DNA of 64,000 nt from Syncephalis fuscata S228 (lineage: Eukaryota; Fungi; Zoopagomycota), in assembly GCA_025786725.1 (NCBI GenBank), contig JAHLTZ010000011.1:124001-188000 (forward strand), read 5' to 3'. Each line of letters begins with the position of its first letter. Positions within the stretch are counted from its first letter, which is position 1. The translations under genes were made by a program, and so were the position numbers. Of the stretch, positions 1-13,995 are shown in pieces. The notes below the pieces were generated by a model. It searched no databases. It worked only from the letters and a program-made list of their open reading frames with translations, and was not told the DNA's origin.

Positions 1-393
1 ATCTAGACCAACCGTCCAAATAGTTATACCACTGCTATATATACACGTACACACGTACACACGACCAAGAGATGTATTTGATTATGTCCGCAGTTTGCAT
101 TATTAATACTGGCTTTATTTCTTTATTTGTCTATTCTTTACTCTTCGCTTTCTTTATTTGTTCAAGAATTAATGAGCGAACGATCAACTATCGTTTACTT
201 TATACTTTGCTCTTATTACTATTACTGCTACACTCCCCTCCTCTGTGAACGTTCTTAGTCTGCATTATTTTATTTTGTTATTTGTCTCATTATCTCTCAT
301 CATTTCAACACCACTTAAATTACTGCATTCATCTTTGTTTCATTAAATTTACTAAATTCGACCAGATCCAATTGGTTAACTTGTATTCTATCC

Positions 394-3300
394 ATGTCCA
401 ATCTGTTAGAACAGCCTCCATTCAAAATGAATTGTCCTGTCAATGAGGATGAACATCGTGGGTAAGCACTTGCATCTGTCTATTAGTAAATGGCTCTACA
501 TAGAAGTAAATAAATATTTTATTAACATTGCAAAGGTGTGTATGGCCATACACATGAGACGTCAACGGCTGGGATGTGCCTATTATGATGCCTATCATCA
601 GCGATTGCATGTATCGCAAGATGTTAAAGTGGAACAGCTAGCTATTATGATTGCTACAAGTGGGTTGAGAAATGGATTAGGCCAGCGATGAATCTAATCG
701 TTTAACAGTTTGTCAACAAGCGTGTCCAAGTGTAGTGTTAATTAGTAGTATACACAAGGATAGTTCGATGGAGCGTGCACTACAGGCACAGGAACTACAA
801 GGTATTAATTAGTAGCCATAGCCACTTGGTAATTAATGCTAGATGATGGCGTGGTGGTGTTGTTATTGCTGTAGTACGCATACAGCCACGATCAGCATTT
901 CATATGGCATCGGCCAAAGCACGTTTATTAGCACTGCCGTGGATTGCCTCAATCAGTCAATTATCAAATATTTTATGTTTTGATGATGATGAGCTAGCGG
1001 CATGTAGCTATTTTGATGAATTAATACAAATAGCTAATGAAAAGCCATAAATGTAGATAATATGTGCTGGTGTTTTACTAAGTCATAGCAATAGTATGTT
1101 AAAATGCCCGGCCAACTATTTAGCTGTTGATTTACTGCCTGTGCAAGCTATTGAGCGATTTTCAATGTAAATAATAATAGTAATAATAATTTATAACATT
1201 AATTATTGATATTGTTGATTAGAGGAGATGGCGTTTATGTATCGGCTACTACTATGCGGTATATAGTAAATGTTTATTATTTAGTTATGTGTTACTAACT
1301 GATTAGTAGTGGATTGCAAATTATGACAGCACCCATCAGTTCAGCGAAAAATGTATTTAATCGTGGACATCACACATTATTAAGTAGGTATTAGTGAAAA
1401 AGTGTTGATAGTATTTGCTTATTTTGTTAAAGATTTACTCAATTTTACCAACACTTCCGCTGGATATCATAAACTTAAAGTATAATTATAGTGGCAAACA
1501 ATATATTTTATTAATTGTATTGCTTAACAGGCTTGGATATCAAGACCAATTTCTAATAAAATAACGCTAGTAATGAGACAGCAAGCAATAAAAGAACTAC
1601 TTATGCCAGAACGAGAGTGTATCGTTCAACAGTTAAATCTTTATTTAAAAAGACTTGGAAATATGCAGCCAGTGTTAAAGTCATTGCACAATAAGCTGCA
1701 ACCAAACGATTGGGTTCATCTTTATAAGGTGATTGAATTCGAGTGTTAAAAATGTGTTGTAGCAAGTGTACTAAAATAATACATTTAGTTCATTCACAAC
1801 TGTCGAGAAATAAGTGCCGTATTGGATGATTGGCATATTACAGCGCGCAACTCACTTATCATGGAGGTATTATATTTGCATTCATAATTGATATATAGTA
1901 TAACTATTGATAATACATAGATTCGGTCTACTTTGTGTTTCAGTAGTCTGAACCAATTCTATCATGTTATAGATTCAGTGGTAAAAATAATATACATTTA
2001 CTATTGATTATACTAACTTTTAGTTAGTTGGATGTTGAAGCAACGCAATGTACAAATCAAATGGTTGTAAAACTACACGTAGATCGAGTGAGTAATTAAT
2101 TGTTTGTTAGTCATTTATGTTTGATAATAATAATAATAATAATAAACATTAGCAATTGGATCAATTGAGACATTTATATATTGGTTTAGAGGATTTTTTG
2201 GTAAATTACTTATAAATACAAATAATTTACTAACGACAACAATAGCAACACGCAGCTAGATCGTTGCAAACAGAATGGAGACCAATCCTATCTGACATTG
2301 TTGATTGCTTAAATATTGCCTACTTTCCGTATTTAGGCTATTTAGTGGCCATTCCTAGTCAGTATACAATTTCAACTAGACAACAGACAAATATAGGTCT
2401 GGAGAAACAGGTGTGCATTAATCAATCTGAATAAAACAATTAACAGCTTAATGGCTAACAAACGGACTAGTTTGAACTAGAGGCAGTGGCCTATTTTAAA
2501 AGTCAACAAATGCTAGGTGTGTACCAGCAATAATAAAAAATAAAAGCTTTAATCAAGTTTAATAGAATTGGATACACATATTGGTGACGTTCTTGGGAAA
2601 ATAACTGGCAAGCCTTAGTGATAATTATTTTATGTAGATCTAATTAATAATTGATAGATATCGAAATCAAGATTTTTATGGATTTACAAAATTATGTTAT
2701 ACAGCACCAATTGTTGCTTTATCAGGCCGAGGAAGCATGCTCCACGCTGGACTGGTAAGTAGTAGGCCATTATTGTTGCAGAATAAATAATGTCGGCTAG
2801 TTTGCTATCTTTGTCCGAGGCAGCTCGATCATATCATTTCACTTGTCCAGCTCTTTCTACAAATGTACCGCAATTAGTTATCAAACAAGGATGGTCAGTT
2901 TTAAAACTTTTATATAAGTATATATTAACATCGAATAATAGGCACCCACTTTATAGCATGTCAACTGAGGGACTAATTAGTAACGACTTGAATGTACCTG
3001 AATTGCAGCAACGAGTTAGTCTACTTACTGGACCTAATGCTTCTGGCAAGACTACATTTATATCTCAGGTAATAAACAAGTGTTTATATAATAGTAATGC
3101 TGATGCTAATGCTACCATTAATAATATTAATAATGTAGGTTGCATTGGCTGTTTATATGGCACACATTGGAAGGTAGTTAATAACAGCACATAATTGCAT
3201 ATTTATTTATTGAAATTTAGCTTTGTCCCAGCAAAAAAAGCAACTATTGGACTAACCAATGCTATTTTTGCGTGTATTTTAACACTTGATTCTTTAAGCA

Positions 3301-4153
3301 AGGTATAAATGTAATTTAATGTATATTTAAGCTTATGACACATTAGGCGGAAAGTGCGTTTATGATGGATATCGAGCAAATTGCTATGGCATTAAAACAT
3401 GCCACTGCCAAATCATTGGTGATTATTGATGAGTTTGGTCAAGGAACACTGTATTCAGGTATGTTTATCTGGTTATTTATAAATTGTCTAAATTGCCAAT
3501 AGATGGTGTGGCACTGTGTGCTGCAGTACTACACCAATTTGCATATCAAGAAAATGGACCCATTGTAATTGCTACTACACACTTTCAAGGTAATAATATC
3601 CACGTCCAATACAGCAACATGCTGATGGTTTTCTAGAAATATACAGCTCAAGACTACTAGTTCAAGCGCCAATCAGTCATCTTTCAATGGCAACAATCCA
3701 GCAAGATAGTAAAATAGTATATTTGTACCGGTAAAGTAACAACAATAAACATCATAATAAAATAGCGGTAGTAATAGTAATAATAATAAACTATTACTTA
3801 TCAGAGTTGCGACAAGAAAACAAAATGCTAGCTATGCACTGGAAACTGCTCAGCAATTGGAATTGCCTGATAGAATAATAAAGAATGGCAAGTGCAGTCT
3901 GTGCGTGGCTAGTGGCACATTAATTAAAATATCAATAGCGAAACTTGTCATGGCTCAGTTTGCCAAAAACACTGGGATTAGTAATGTGCAACTGGCCGAT
4001 CCAGTCAACCTAGTAATGCCCATCAAGCTAATTATGCTCAAGGCAGACTTTGACGATCCTACTATGGATATTGCCGGCTTTCTGCAATGGCTTGTACATA
4101 ATATGCAAATGATTGTATTGGAGGACAATGAACCAAATATTTTATACAAATAA
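394..4153 (+). CDS. MSH5: Meiotic MutS homolog MSH5, many short introns (exon boundaries approximate)
   Basis: Spliced exons give the N-terminal '[19 protein letters not shown]', Walker A '[11 protein letters not shown]', 'MAHIGSFVPA', 'ESAFMMD', Walker B '[12 protein letters not shown]' and 'IATTHF'. More than 20 short AT-rich introns, with apparent GC donors near 2608 and 3888. Confidence 0.85.
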
Positions 4154-4482
4154 ACTTTAGCATTCAAGGCCCCTTTTTGTTAAAGTAGATACAAGGAGAA
4201 TAATTTGTTATGATGACAACTGTTTCTATGGGCGTTTTAAATAATAAAAAACACAGTACTATTGCAAGAGTGAGCTACCATGGAGACAGGCACAAATGTG
4301 ATCAAATACATAGTAGTTATACAAATAAAAGGCAGCCAGCTAATATGCAAGATTGATATAATGTCGAGTACACCAGAAGATCTTGCATAGTCGATTATCC
4401 AATTGCGCAATTAATTTATTCTAAGCGTACGTAATTTTTAATATTCAATTTAATATTTAAAAATTATTGCTTGCGTTTAATC

Positions 4483-7400
4483 ATGGACCGGGGAACATCG
4501 CGCAGGCAAGCTAGAGCGGATGGCCGGTTTAACGCCCTTTCTCTGCGCAACATTCTTTTAGGCGCATTTTTAATAAGCATCCAAGTGAGCGTCGGCACCG
4601 ATGCAAAATTACAACTGCCACCGAGTCATTTGTTAGACAGACGTACCCTCCCCGATGAGCATAGCAAGCCGTTTATTGTGTCAAACGCGTTCATTGCCGA
4701 ATTTAAAACTGTACCTGGTAATCTTAATGAAGTGGAAAATGAACATGATATCTTTCGTACGGCCATTAAAGACGGACAGTTTGAAATTCGTGAACGTTTA
4801 GCGTTAAAATCATTGCTAAACGCCATTTCATTTGAGGCCACTACTGAAACGGCCAATCGCATTGCCAAACTACCTATGATCAAAAGTGTATGGCCAATGG
4901 TAAGCGAGGATATTGATGGTTAAGGCGTGTATTTTTATTAATTCATTGATGAATGATAGGTGGCACAAAATCGTCCCCGTGTTCAGGTACACTCTGTACC
5001 CAATGTTCAGGGACTAAAATTCGCCCATGCCATGACCGGCGTTGACCGTGTTCGGCAGCGCTTGCAAAAGGCGGGCGAAGGCGTTAAGGTTGGCGTGGTT
5101 GACTCGGGTATAGATTACATGCACCCGGCATTGGGTGGCTGTTTTGGCCCAGGCTGTCGTGTCGCTCTGGGATGGGATTTGGTCGGTGATGACTACACTG
5201 GCAATGGTCGTAATCAGCCAATTCCCGATGCTGATCCACGCGACGTTTGCAACGGCCATGGAACGCACGTGGCCGGTATTATCGGCGCCAACGATCCATC
5301 TTTCCAGGGTGTAGCACCTGAGGTAACGTTGGGTGCGTATCGTGTATTTGGCTGCAAGGGCAGTAGTGAGACAGATGTTGTTATTGCCGGCATGGAGCGG
5401 GCCCACCAAGATGGCATGCAAGTTATCAATATGTCTTTAGGCGGTGGCAGCTCCTGGTCTGAATATCCTGATGCTGCCGCTGCCGAAAGACTGGCTCAGC
5501 TTGGTGTCGTTGTCGTGGCTTCGATGGGCAACGACGGCGATAAAGGCATGTGGGAAGCATCATCGCCTGGTCTAGCTCCTAGTGTTATTTCTGTTGGCTC
5601 AGTAGATAGCATGCGCTACCAAGCATTCGGACTGCGTGTAGATAATGAAAATCTACCACCTATGGGTAAGTTATCAGAACAGTGTAATAATAGCTACTAA
5701 TTTATTGATGAACTACAGAATATCTTAGTGATAAAGAAACACCTCTTGAATTAAAATCTGTCCCCATCACATTAATTCAAAGTTCAAGTGATCCAAATGG
5801 CTTAGGCTGCGATAGACTAAGCAATAGAATTGCTGGCAAACTAGTCATTATGCAACGAGGTAACTGCACCTTTAATATTAAGGTAAGTAACATATTAGTA
5901 CTTTATGTTACCCGTACTTACCAATGTGTATTTATATCTATATATAGGCAACCAATGCAAAGGAGGCAGGTGCCATTGGTGTATTGGTATATAACAACAT
6001 GCCAGATGACGTGTTTATTCCTAGTGTAACAATCCCCAACTCTATTCCAGTTGTTGGTCTTTCGCAGCTTAATGGTCAGCGTATCAGCAGCTATTAGAGC
6101 GTAAAGACGAAGTTACGATTACATTCCCAAATTCGCTGCTTACATTCGATAATCCGAATGGCGGCCACATGTCTCGTTTTAGTTCATACGGTCCTGGACC
6201 TGAGCTTGAAGTGAAGCCGGACGTCACAGCACCGGGTGGCTTGATCCGCTCTACCTATCCACTGCCAATGGGGGGCTACCGTACCTTGTCCGGCACTTCT
6301 ATGTCCTCTCCTTATGTGGCCGGTGCCGCTGCTCTTTACATTTCAGCCAAGGGCAAAATTTCTAATGCACCTGCTGAAATTCGCCAAATGTTCCAGATTA
6401 CCGCCAAAGCTATTACTCAAAACAATCAAGCTGACAGCGGTTTAACCTCAATTGTCCGTCAAGGAGCCGGTTTATTGGACATTGATGCAGCTATCAGTGC
6501 TACTACCCGAATTACCCCCTCGCGTATTGGACTTAACGATAGCCGACATGGCAATTTGATAAATGAAGAATTTGGACCACATACTGTCACAGTGACGATT
6601 AGCAATACACAGTCCATTCCAGTGGACTACACCATGTACCATGCCCCTTCATTGGCCATTCAAGGCTATATAGAAGGGCGTGCATTAAAAAAGCCGGATG
6701 TTTTGGGGTCATATGCCTCTGTTACCATTGATAAAAGTGAAGATGGTTTATTAGATGAAGCGTCGGATAAAAACAATGAACGTATTGGTGGCACAGTCCG
6801 CCGTATTGTCCGCTCTAATAGCAATCCAGTGTTGGATGGAGAGTCTACTAGCAGCAACTCTATTCAGCAACAATCAAAGCCCACGCTTGATGATGAAACA
6901 TTTGTACAAGAAATGGGATTGGACAAATCCGAAGATATGACAGATGGTAGCGATAAAGCCATTTCACAAGCCAATAATGCGGGCAGTTTTATGTTTAAAT
7001 TTACAGTGTCTGCTAATAGCGAGGCAGACATTACAATGAATATTCGACCACCAAATCTGCCTGAAGCAGATCGTTGGATCTACAGTGGTTTTTTTAATAT
7101 ATACGGCAGTAATCGTGATGCACTGCACGTTCCTTACATGGGTCTTTCCGGCAATTTACATGCTCAGTCTATTCTTGATCGTAATGGATTCCCCTATCTT
7201 ACTAGGCTTGTTACCGAGCCAGGTGTTGGAAAAGTGAAGCATAACGACAATCATCGTGAGAGACACACACAATGCCTCATACGACATCTAAAAAATATAG
7301 CGAATTTGAATTAAGTGAGCAAGAAGACGAACTTGATGCCGAAATGGCAGAAAGCGACGATTTTGATACTGAAGACATCTTTGATCAAGAAGAACAAGAA

Positions 7401-8150
7401 ACACGAATGGGCTTTTCTATAGACAGCAAGGAAGCTAATAATACTGTTATCAGCGATAATCCATCAGTAATCCAGCAAGATACCCGATCATCTCGACTTC
7501 GATTGCGAGTACGTTTAACACATCCAACTCGTGTACTTCGGGTGGATGTTCTTAAGATGGATATAAATGATCCACAGAGAATACCAACTAATCCTAGTGG
7601 CAGCACTATTGGTATTCTGCCCAATGCCTGGATTACTTATTTAGGTCGTCATTCCGATGATACTGACGACTTTTCAACAGATTTTACATTTGATGGCACT
7701 TACACACCACTTGGTATGGCATCCAAAACGCTGTTTACCCCCAATCAGCAGAGTGGTTTTACACTTTCTAAAGGAATTGCTGATGCCGAACGCAACACCA
7801 GCAGAATAACCACCTTACCTGATGGCTACTATCGACTCAAGGTGGTGGCACTACTGCCGTTTGGCAATGAGAACCAGCCATCCGATTGGGATGTCTGGAA
7901 TAGCCCATTGCTTCGATTGTCAACGCTTTCAAACAACGGTACTGGTCCTCAGGCGCCACGCACTAGCCCTTACGATGCGGCAGATGGTATGCTTGAGTAT
8001 AATCGCCAGGTTAGTATTATTAAACCAGCACGTTCTGTGCTCAGCATGGCGCTTGAAAGGCAGTTTCAGCGTGTCCAAAACTTCAAACAGCCGGTAAAAA
8101 AGGATAAAAACAGCAATAGTAAATCGTGGAATGGGCATGTTCCGATTTAA
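4483..8150 (+). CDS. Secreted subtilisin-like S8 serine protease with prodomain, PA domain and C-terminal Fn-like region; 3 introns and two apparent single-base frameshifts
   Basis: Catalytic triad motifs VVDSG, HGTHVAG and GTSMSSP. PA motif 'IAGKLVIMQRGNCTFNIKATNAKEAGAIGVLVYNN'. Introns 4900-4959, 5666-5718 and 5883-5947. Frame breaks near 6085 and 7265. Confidence 0.92.
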
Positions 8151-8416
8151 TTCAATGTAATCAATTCTTTTGTTATCTTACTCTTGTTAGAGTGCGTTGA
8201 AAATATGCATTATATATTTGATGATTTTGTCAGAATAAAGCTTTAAATTTAATAATACAATAGTATGGATCTATAATTAGCCTTGGTAGTACAACTGATA
8301 TTTATAATCAACCAGCCAATACCTTTGGTGCAAAGGCTATTGAATAAAAGAACCACAAAATACTTTCGTTTCATATAATCGTTTTTTAAACATTTTAGTA
8401 TCATTTAGCATCAAGC

Positions 8417-8583
8417 ATGCTTTTAAGCCATCTTTGTGTATTTTGGTGCTGATCGCTACGACAGCATTGGCCTATCCGACCATGGAATCGGATTTATTTT
8501 CAAAACTGAGCACTGCCAAACCAGCTGATATTGTAACTTCGGCGTTAGTATCTCAATTTGGTTATAAGCATGGGTTGCTATAA
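8417..8583 (+). CDS. Putative small secreted peptide (~55 aa), needs one extra T in a homopolymer
   Basis: Adding one T to 'atgctttt' gives MLFKPSLCILVLIATTALA-YPTMESDLFSKLSTAKPADIVTSALVSQFGYKHGLL*, a signal peptide-like N-terminus ending in A-L-A. An AATAAA lies downstream near 8683. Confidence 0.35.
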
Positions 8584-10319
8584 TCAAGCCCAATAACAAT
8601 GATCAACATATGTCTACAAATAACCTTTACAGCAACATATATGTTTATACATATACGTGTGTATATAGCCTTATGTCTTTGCAATAAACATTTTCTTTAA
8701 AATTAATTAAAAATATATGTTGAATAATAATTTGCTTATTGCCATGTAAAATCTATCCGTTGAGTTAGACCTCAGTTTGTATTGATTGCAAAATGGCCGT
8801 GTGTGTGTGTTGAATAACAGTGCAATGAAGTGGCTTGCAAATACGTCATGGTTTATCCATGACATTACGGATAAAAGTCTTCTAGATTTTACTCTAATCC
8901 TTGAAAGCATTGTTCTGATCAAATAATTGATGTGATTTGCTTTAAATAGATGCCGTAAATGGCAATCTGCCATCCCAATACACGGGGGCCATAATTGACA
9001 TTACGTTTTGAGCTTTATGAATCGTGTAGCGTATTTCCACAAACGGAAATGCCATATGTTTTGGTTACCATTTTGCCATGATTATACAGCTGATTCGTAT
9101 GCTAAATAAGAGCCGGTGCACACTTATCGATGCAGGCGGGTATTTATTTCTAACGTCATTATCTAGTTCTTTTGAACTAAAGCAAATATTTCTACGTTTT
9201 CTTTTTCATGACTTATACCTTGGCTATTACACGAATGCTCGCCTTTTGAATCTTATTGCTTATGCACTATCCTAATTCTAGCCTACTTTATTATTCTACT
9301 GTTATATTAGACCTCACAGCTTTTAGCAACCATATTATTTAACTGCAAGGTAAGCAATTTGGTGTCTCCCTGCTACTGCAAAGTATTTTAAAGTCTTCAT
9401 GGCTCTTTCGTGACGGTGACAAGGATGTAACTTGGATATATTTTATGCAGCGCTTTATTTCTTTGTATAAAGCCTGTACATTATATCAACTGCACATGCA
9501 CGTTGTAAGGTAGTGGCCCGCCTGTTTCATAATATTATGAGACACGTTTGTATAGGCACCTGTCGCTACCTGAAAACTATTGCCACAAATACATAATGTT
9601 TTATTGCCTCTTCCCTTAGCGTTCAAATTCATAGCAAGGCCTCTGGCAATTTTGTTTGCACTTGTTTCATTATACACAATATGGTCGATATAGCCTGCTA
9701 AAATAATCTCATATATCGCTTCATACCAGTGTTGTAAAATTACTTGTTGGTGCCAGAGGCTACCTTTCAATTTCACTCGTTTAACGTCTAAATAACACCA
9801 GTACGTAAGGTGTAACCTCGTTCTTCAGCACGTGGACTATAAACCAGTAAAGTGACTTATTGTTGGTTAATTGTTACACCAGAGTCGACTGATTAATATA
9901 GAATAGTATTCTTTTAATAAGTTGAACTAATCTATTGTGCTGGATATATCCAAAACATTTCTCCGCATTCGAGCTCCGCCACCTTATACGACTTACTGAA
10001 ATTGCCTTTTATTCATGCTATTGATAATAGTTTGGCTGTTTTCCGATCCATTGTCACTACACTTCTTGCACCACCACCACCACCATCTCTTTACGTCCTT
10101 ACCTTCTACTCGTCTTGTTATGAATCATTGAACTATCAAAGCTTATGAATTGGTGTTACTGCGTAAACATCTCTATCTCCTCCACCCTCTGTTTCCTCTT
10201 TATCGCGAAAAACGATCACAACAAACATATACACCAACCAAATAACAAACTAACGCGACACTAGGCGCTGTGTACCCATTTCTGTAACGTCTAGACACCA
10301 CCGTCTAGACACGATATCT

Positions 10320-12407
10320 ATGGCACAAATATCTGACTCAACATCCGAACAAGTGAGCTTTATTGTATGCGTGATTTCTATCACCATCTACGGTACTGGT
10401 ATTCTAGCATTGCTAGTCGCCTTCTATCATCGCAAATATCCACTTCTTAAGGCAAAACATCTGCCTCTACTTGCTCTTTCACATTTTGGTGCTATTCTCT
10501 GGAATGTTGGATTTTTACACGCTTCAAACTTTCTTATTCTACCCGCTCGATGGGAACTATGTGGACTTTGGGACATTTGGATCCAATGGGTATTCGGCGT
10601 AATGTTACTATCAGGAGTGCTTATTTTACGTCTTTACTCGCTCTACCGGGTGTTTGTTCAACGTAAAAGTGTTACTGTCAAAGAACTAGTTATCGTTTCA
10701 ATCTACTACTATTTGCCAATTGTGCTCTGTGCCGTATTTTTCACAATAATGCCCAAGGTCGGCTCGTGGTACAATCCGGTCACGAAAAAATGTCAGGTAA
10801 ATGCAATTTACCAAGGAACAGCATTTGGTATTGTTTCGCTTGCTTTAATTGGTCTAGGCGTAAGTAGCACACATAGCTTTATAGTTGTATACTAATAGTA
10901 ATTAACAACACAGTGGTTAACCTACAACCTACGAGGCATTCGCCGATCATTTAATGAATTTAAAGAATTACGTATTGGATTTTTCTTAGTATTATTGGTA
11001 TTTTCCGTCAATGCTATCCTGGTCATGACACATCTTAGCCAATCTATGTTAAATCGTTGTATTCTAGCTGTTTTCAATGTGCTAGCTGGCAATCTTTACT
11101 TTTGGCTTACACTGGGTCGGCCTTTGTATGGCTGCTTATTCCAGCGCCAGCAATATCTTGATAAGTTCCTTCACACACTTGCACTTGACGGTGTTTACAC
11201 CGAAGATCTTTCAAGTAGCGACGGCGGAGCTACTAGCTATGGCCATTTACGCCGTGCTCCGTCATATCGTGGCTACACGGAAGAAGATTCTCCGGCTATG
11301 GCAGAAAAAGGAGGATGGCCAAGTAAACAGAATGGCACTCAACGATTGTCGCAAGTCGGTATGGACTCTCATATGTCTATAATGAACGTTTCTATGCCTA
11401 CCAAAATTGCCGCACCCGTCCCGTTAAAACGTATCCGCCCACAAGAAATGATGAATAAGTCAAAGACACCTGAGCAGTTATCGATAAAGTCCGGCAAGAC
11501 TATTGATGCACATAATGAGCCTCGTTATGAAACATTAAAGGACCATTCAGCAGCATCAAAACCTTGTGTTAATCGCCATTTAAGTCATGATGATATGACG
11601 GAGACGCAACGTATATCTCGTGGCTGGACACTTTCTCCAGTGTTATCAAGTTCACGGTCTACATCGCAGCCATCACCAACACCATGGATTGTTGATGATA
11701 CACGGCCCACGTTAAGTTTGCATGAATTACGACAAATCTTAGTAGAGTCCGAAATGGCCCGTTCCACTGAAAGCCTTACTCTGTATAACGCCGTTCCTGT
11801 ATTGTCGAAAAACGACTCGTGTGCATCGCTTCGTCGTAGCACAGATGTCGAGCCATCTAGGCCTTTAAAGGCTGAATTACACTTGAACACACGGACAGGA
11901 ACCTGTGACACCATGGCATTCTCCGCTACTAGCTATCGGTCCTACTTGACAGACACATCGCGAAAAAGCTATGAAATCTATGACGTTTATGAAGAAGAGC
12001 ACGACAATAACCACGAACATTGTGAAATGAATAGACATAGAACAGCAACAATTGCCCAACAAGAGTCATCACGCAATGGTTTATCGCCTATAAACACTCA
12101 TCGTCCATCTTACGAGTCCGTTTCTTCTCCACGCTCACCTCGCTTTGCACTGTCCCCACGCATGCCAGTGCGTGTATCAATGTCACCATTAATGCATAGA
12201 GAAATGGCTCAGGCCAATGGATGTTCTGCCACTTCACTGCCACCACCACCACCGCTGCCATTATCGCTGCCAGCACTATCTCCTACAACATCAAGCCGTG
12301 GCCAAAGTAGCAGCAACAATAGTAGTCCAACAAGCTATAATCGTGCTGATATTGCTTCTATTCAGCGTACACCATCTGCAGCTTCGCGCCAACAACGCTT
12401 TATCTAA
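10320..12407 (+). CDS. 7TM GPCR-like receptor (class C-like/7TM-RGS-related TM domain) with long disordered Ser/Pro-rich tail; one intron ~10860-10913
   Basis: Seven hydrophobic segments and motifs 'RKYPLLKAKHLPL', 'LILRLY' and 'LRGIRRSFNEFKEL'. Clear paralog at 27462-28784. Confidence 0.8.
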
Positions 12408-13139
12408 ATAGGCACATTAGCCAGGATAGGCGGCAGCAATAACTATTGTATGGGTTTCGCCTGGTCGTAGCTCATTTATTGTTCATTCACATGAATCTAT
12501 ATGATACATAGCCGCGTTTAACAAAACACTGCTCAATTCTGTAAACACTGCATCGCTCAACCTTTATTCTTTATTGCTCGTTAACATGCGCATCTTGTCC
12601 ATCGGTGTTCTTCACTTCCTCAGCCTGATACGTAATACCAATTCACCGATTTAACCCGATCTCATTTCATTGTAAGCCTGTCCTCACCTCCGTACCTTTT
12701 TTCTACACACGCTGGTCTGTACTCTTCGTCCGTTGATCATGATGATGATTACATTTTTGCTTTTCTTTTCTCAATTCATGATCATTTATTCACGATGAAT
12801 AGTAATAAAACACCTTTATATTGTTTATCAGTAAATAACCGTTTACTTGCTAGCATACAATTATTGTATATAACTATTTGACGTTTTAGAAAGATACACA
12901 TTATTGCTTTAATGGCTTGTTGATTGATACACAATCACGTATGCAATTTTTCATGTGCTAATTACCATTTGTACCAAGATTATACATGCCAATCATTTAC
13001 ACGTCTTAATCATCGCATTTAACATGAGAATATGCTACAAACACGTTCTCCAGCATTATACATTCTATAAAAACGCAATAATATTTGATAAAATTTCATT
13101 ACAATCATTAATTACTTAGTAGACCAAGTATGTACTCTT

Positions 13140-13995
13140 CTTTTATTTGTTTACTACTGTAACTAGAATACACATTTGTTTATTGAACATGGGGACAAGT
13201 GGTGAGTTTTATTTAATTATCACATTATTACATTGTGTGATTTGGTGGTCAAATGGCTGCATTTAATAACATTAATCTATTGAACATGATGATGGGTGGT
13301 GAGTGACAGCAATCATCAAATACTCATCATTGTAGATTCATTATCCAGTATACATATAACCAGTACATATATATATTCTATTCATTTATATCACTTCCAT
13401 TCCATTTCACGTTACTATGTATCATTCTATGCTATACTAGATACATTCTACTGTTTATATGTCCCATTACACTTTATTCACTCTATTCATTACATTATAT
13501 ACACTATAACTTTAACATCGTTTTATATGCTTCTCACCATACATTTATCATTCTATTTATCATTCTATACTCGCCTAGCCTTGTTCTATCCAAAACTATT
13601 ATTATCTCTGTTCTAGCTTTATTATTAATAAATTTTGGCTCATTTACCTCATTCATTTAGCAAGCTATATGTAATTGAACCCTATAGCAATATGGTCTAT
13701 TCAGTATATTATAGAATACTATATGATAGTATATGATAGTATATAATAGTATATGCATATATTGTTAACAATATAGATAAATATAGGATATATGTATATT
13801 GAATAATAAATATATGACTATGAGTATTTTAAACTTTAATGTTATTCATCACTTATCATCATGTTCAATAGAAATATTAATAAATTTAATCATTTGACCC
13901 AAGTCATATCACCTTTTGATAATCCAATCATTATATTTCTCATTACTCAGTTTTATATTCAACAAACAAATATCTAGTTCAATTAGACAAATATT
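13140..13995. repeat. Long imperfect inverted repeat (fold-back), arms ~13140-13460 and ~13680-13995
   Basis: Left arm 'ggtcaaatgg...tctattgaacatgatgat...aaatactcat' pairs with right arm 'atgagtattt...atcatcatgttcaataga...catttgacc'. Outer 'actaga...atttgtttattgaa' pairs with 'ttcaacaaacaaatatctagt'. Confidence 0.75.

Noticed and set aside
5014-5429. Antisense ORFs over the subtilisin gene (similar ones overlap the RGS, UTP14, CSN4 and RalGAP genes)
   Set aside because: Shadow ORFs of real coding sequence.
9486-9776. 96-aa minus-strand ORF
   Set aside because: Non-ATG start, no recognisable motif and no supporting exon structure; it cannot be called.
13296-13616. 106-aa Tyr/Ile/His-rich ORF
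   Set aside because: Compositional artefact of the AT-rich fold-back arm and loop.
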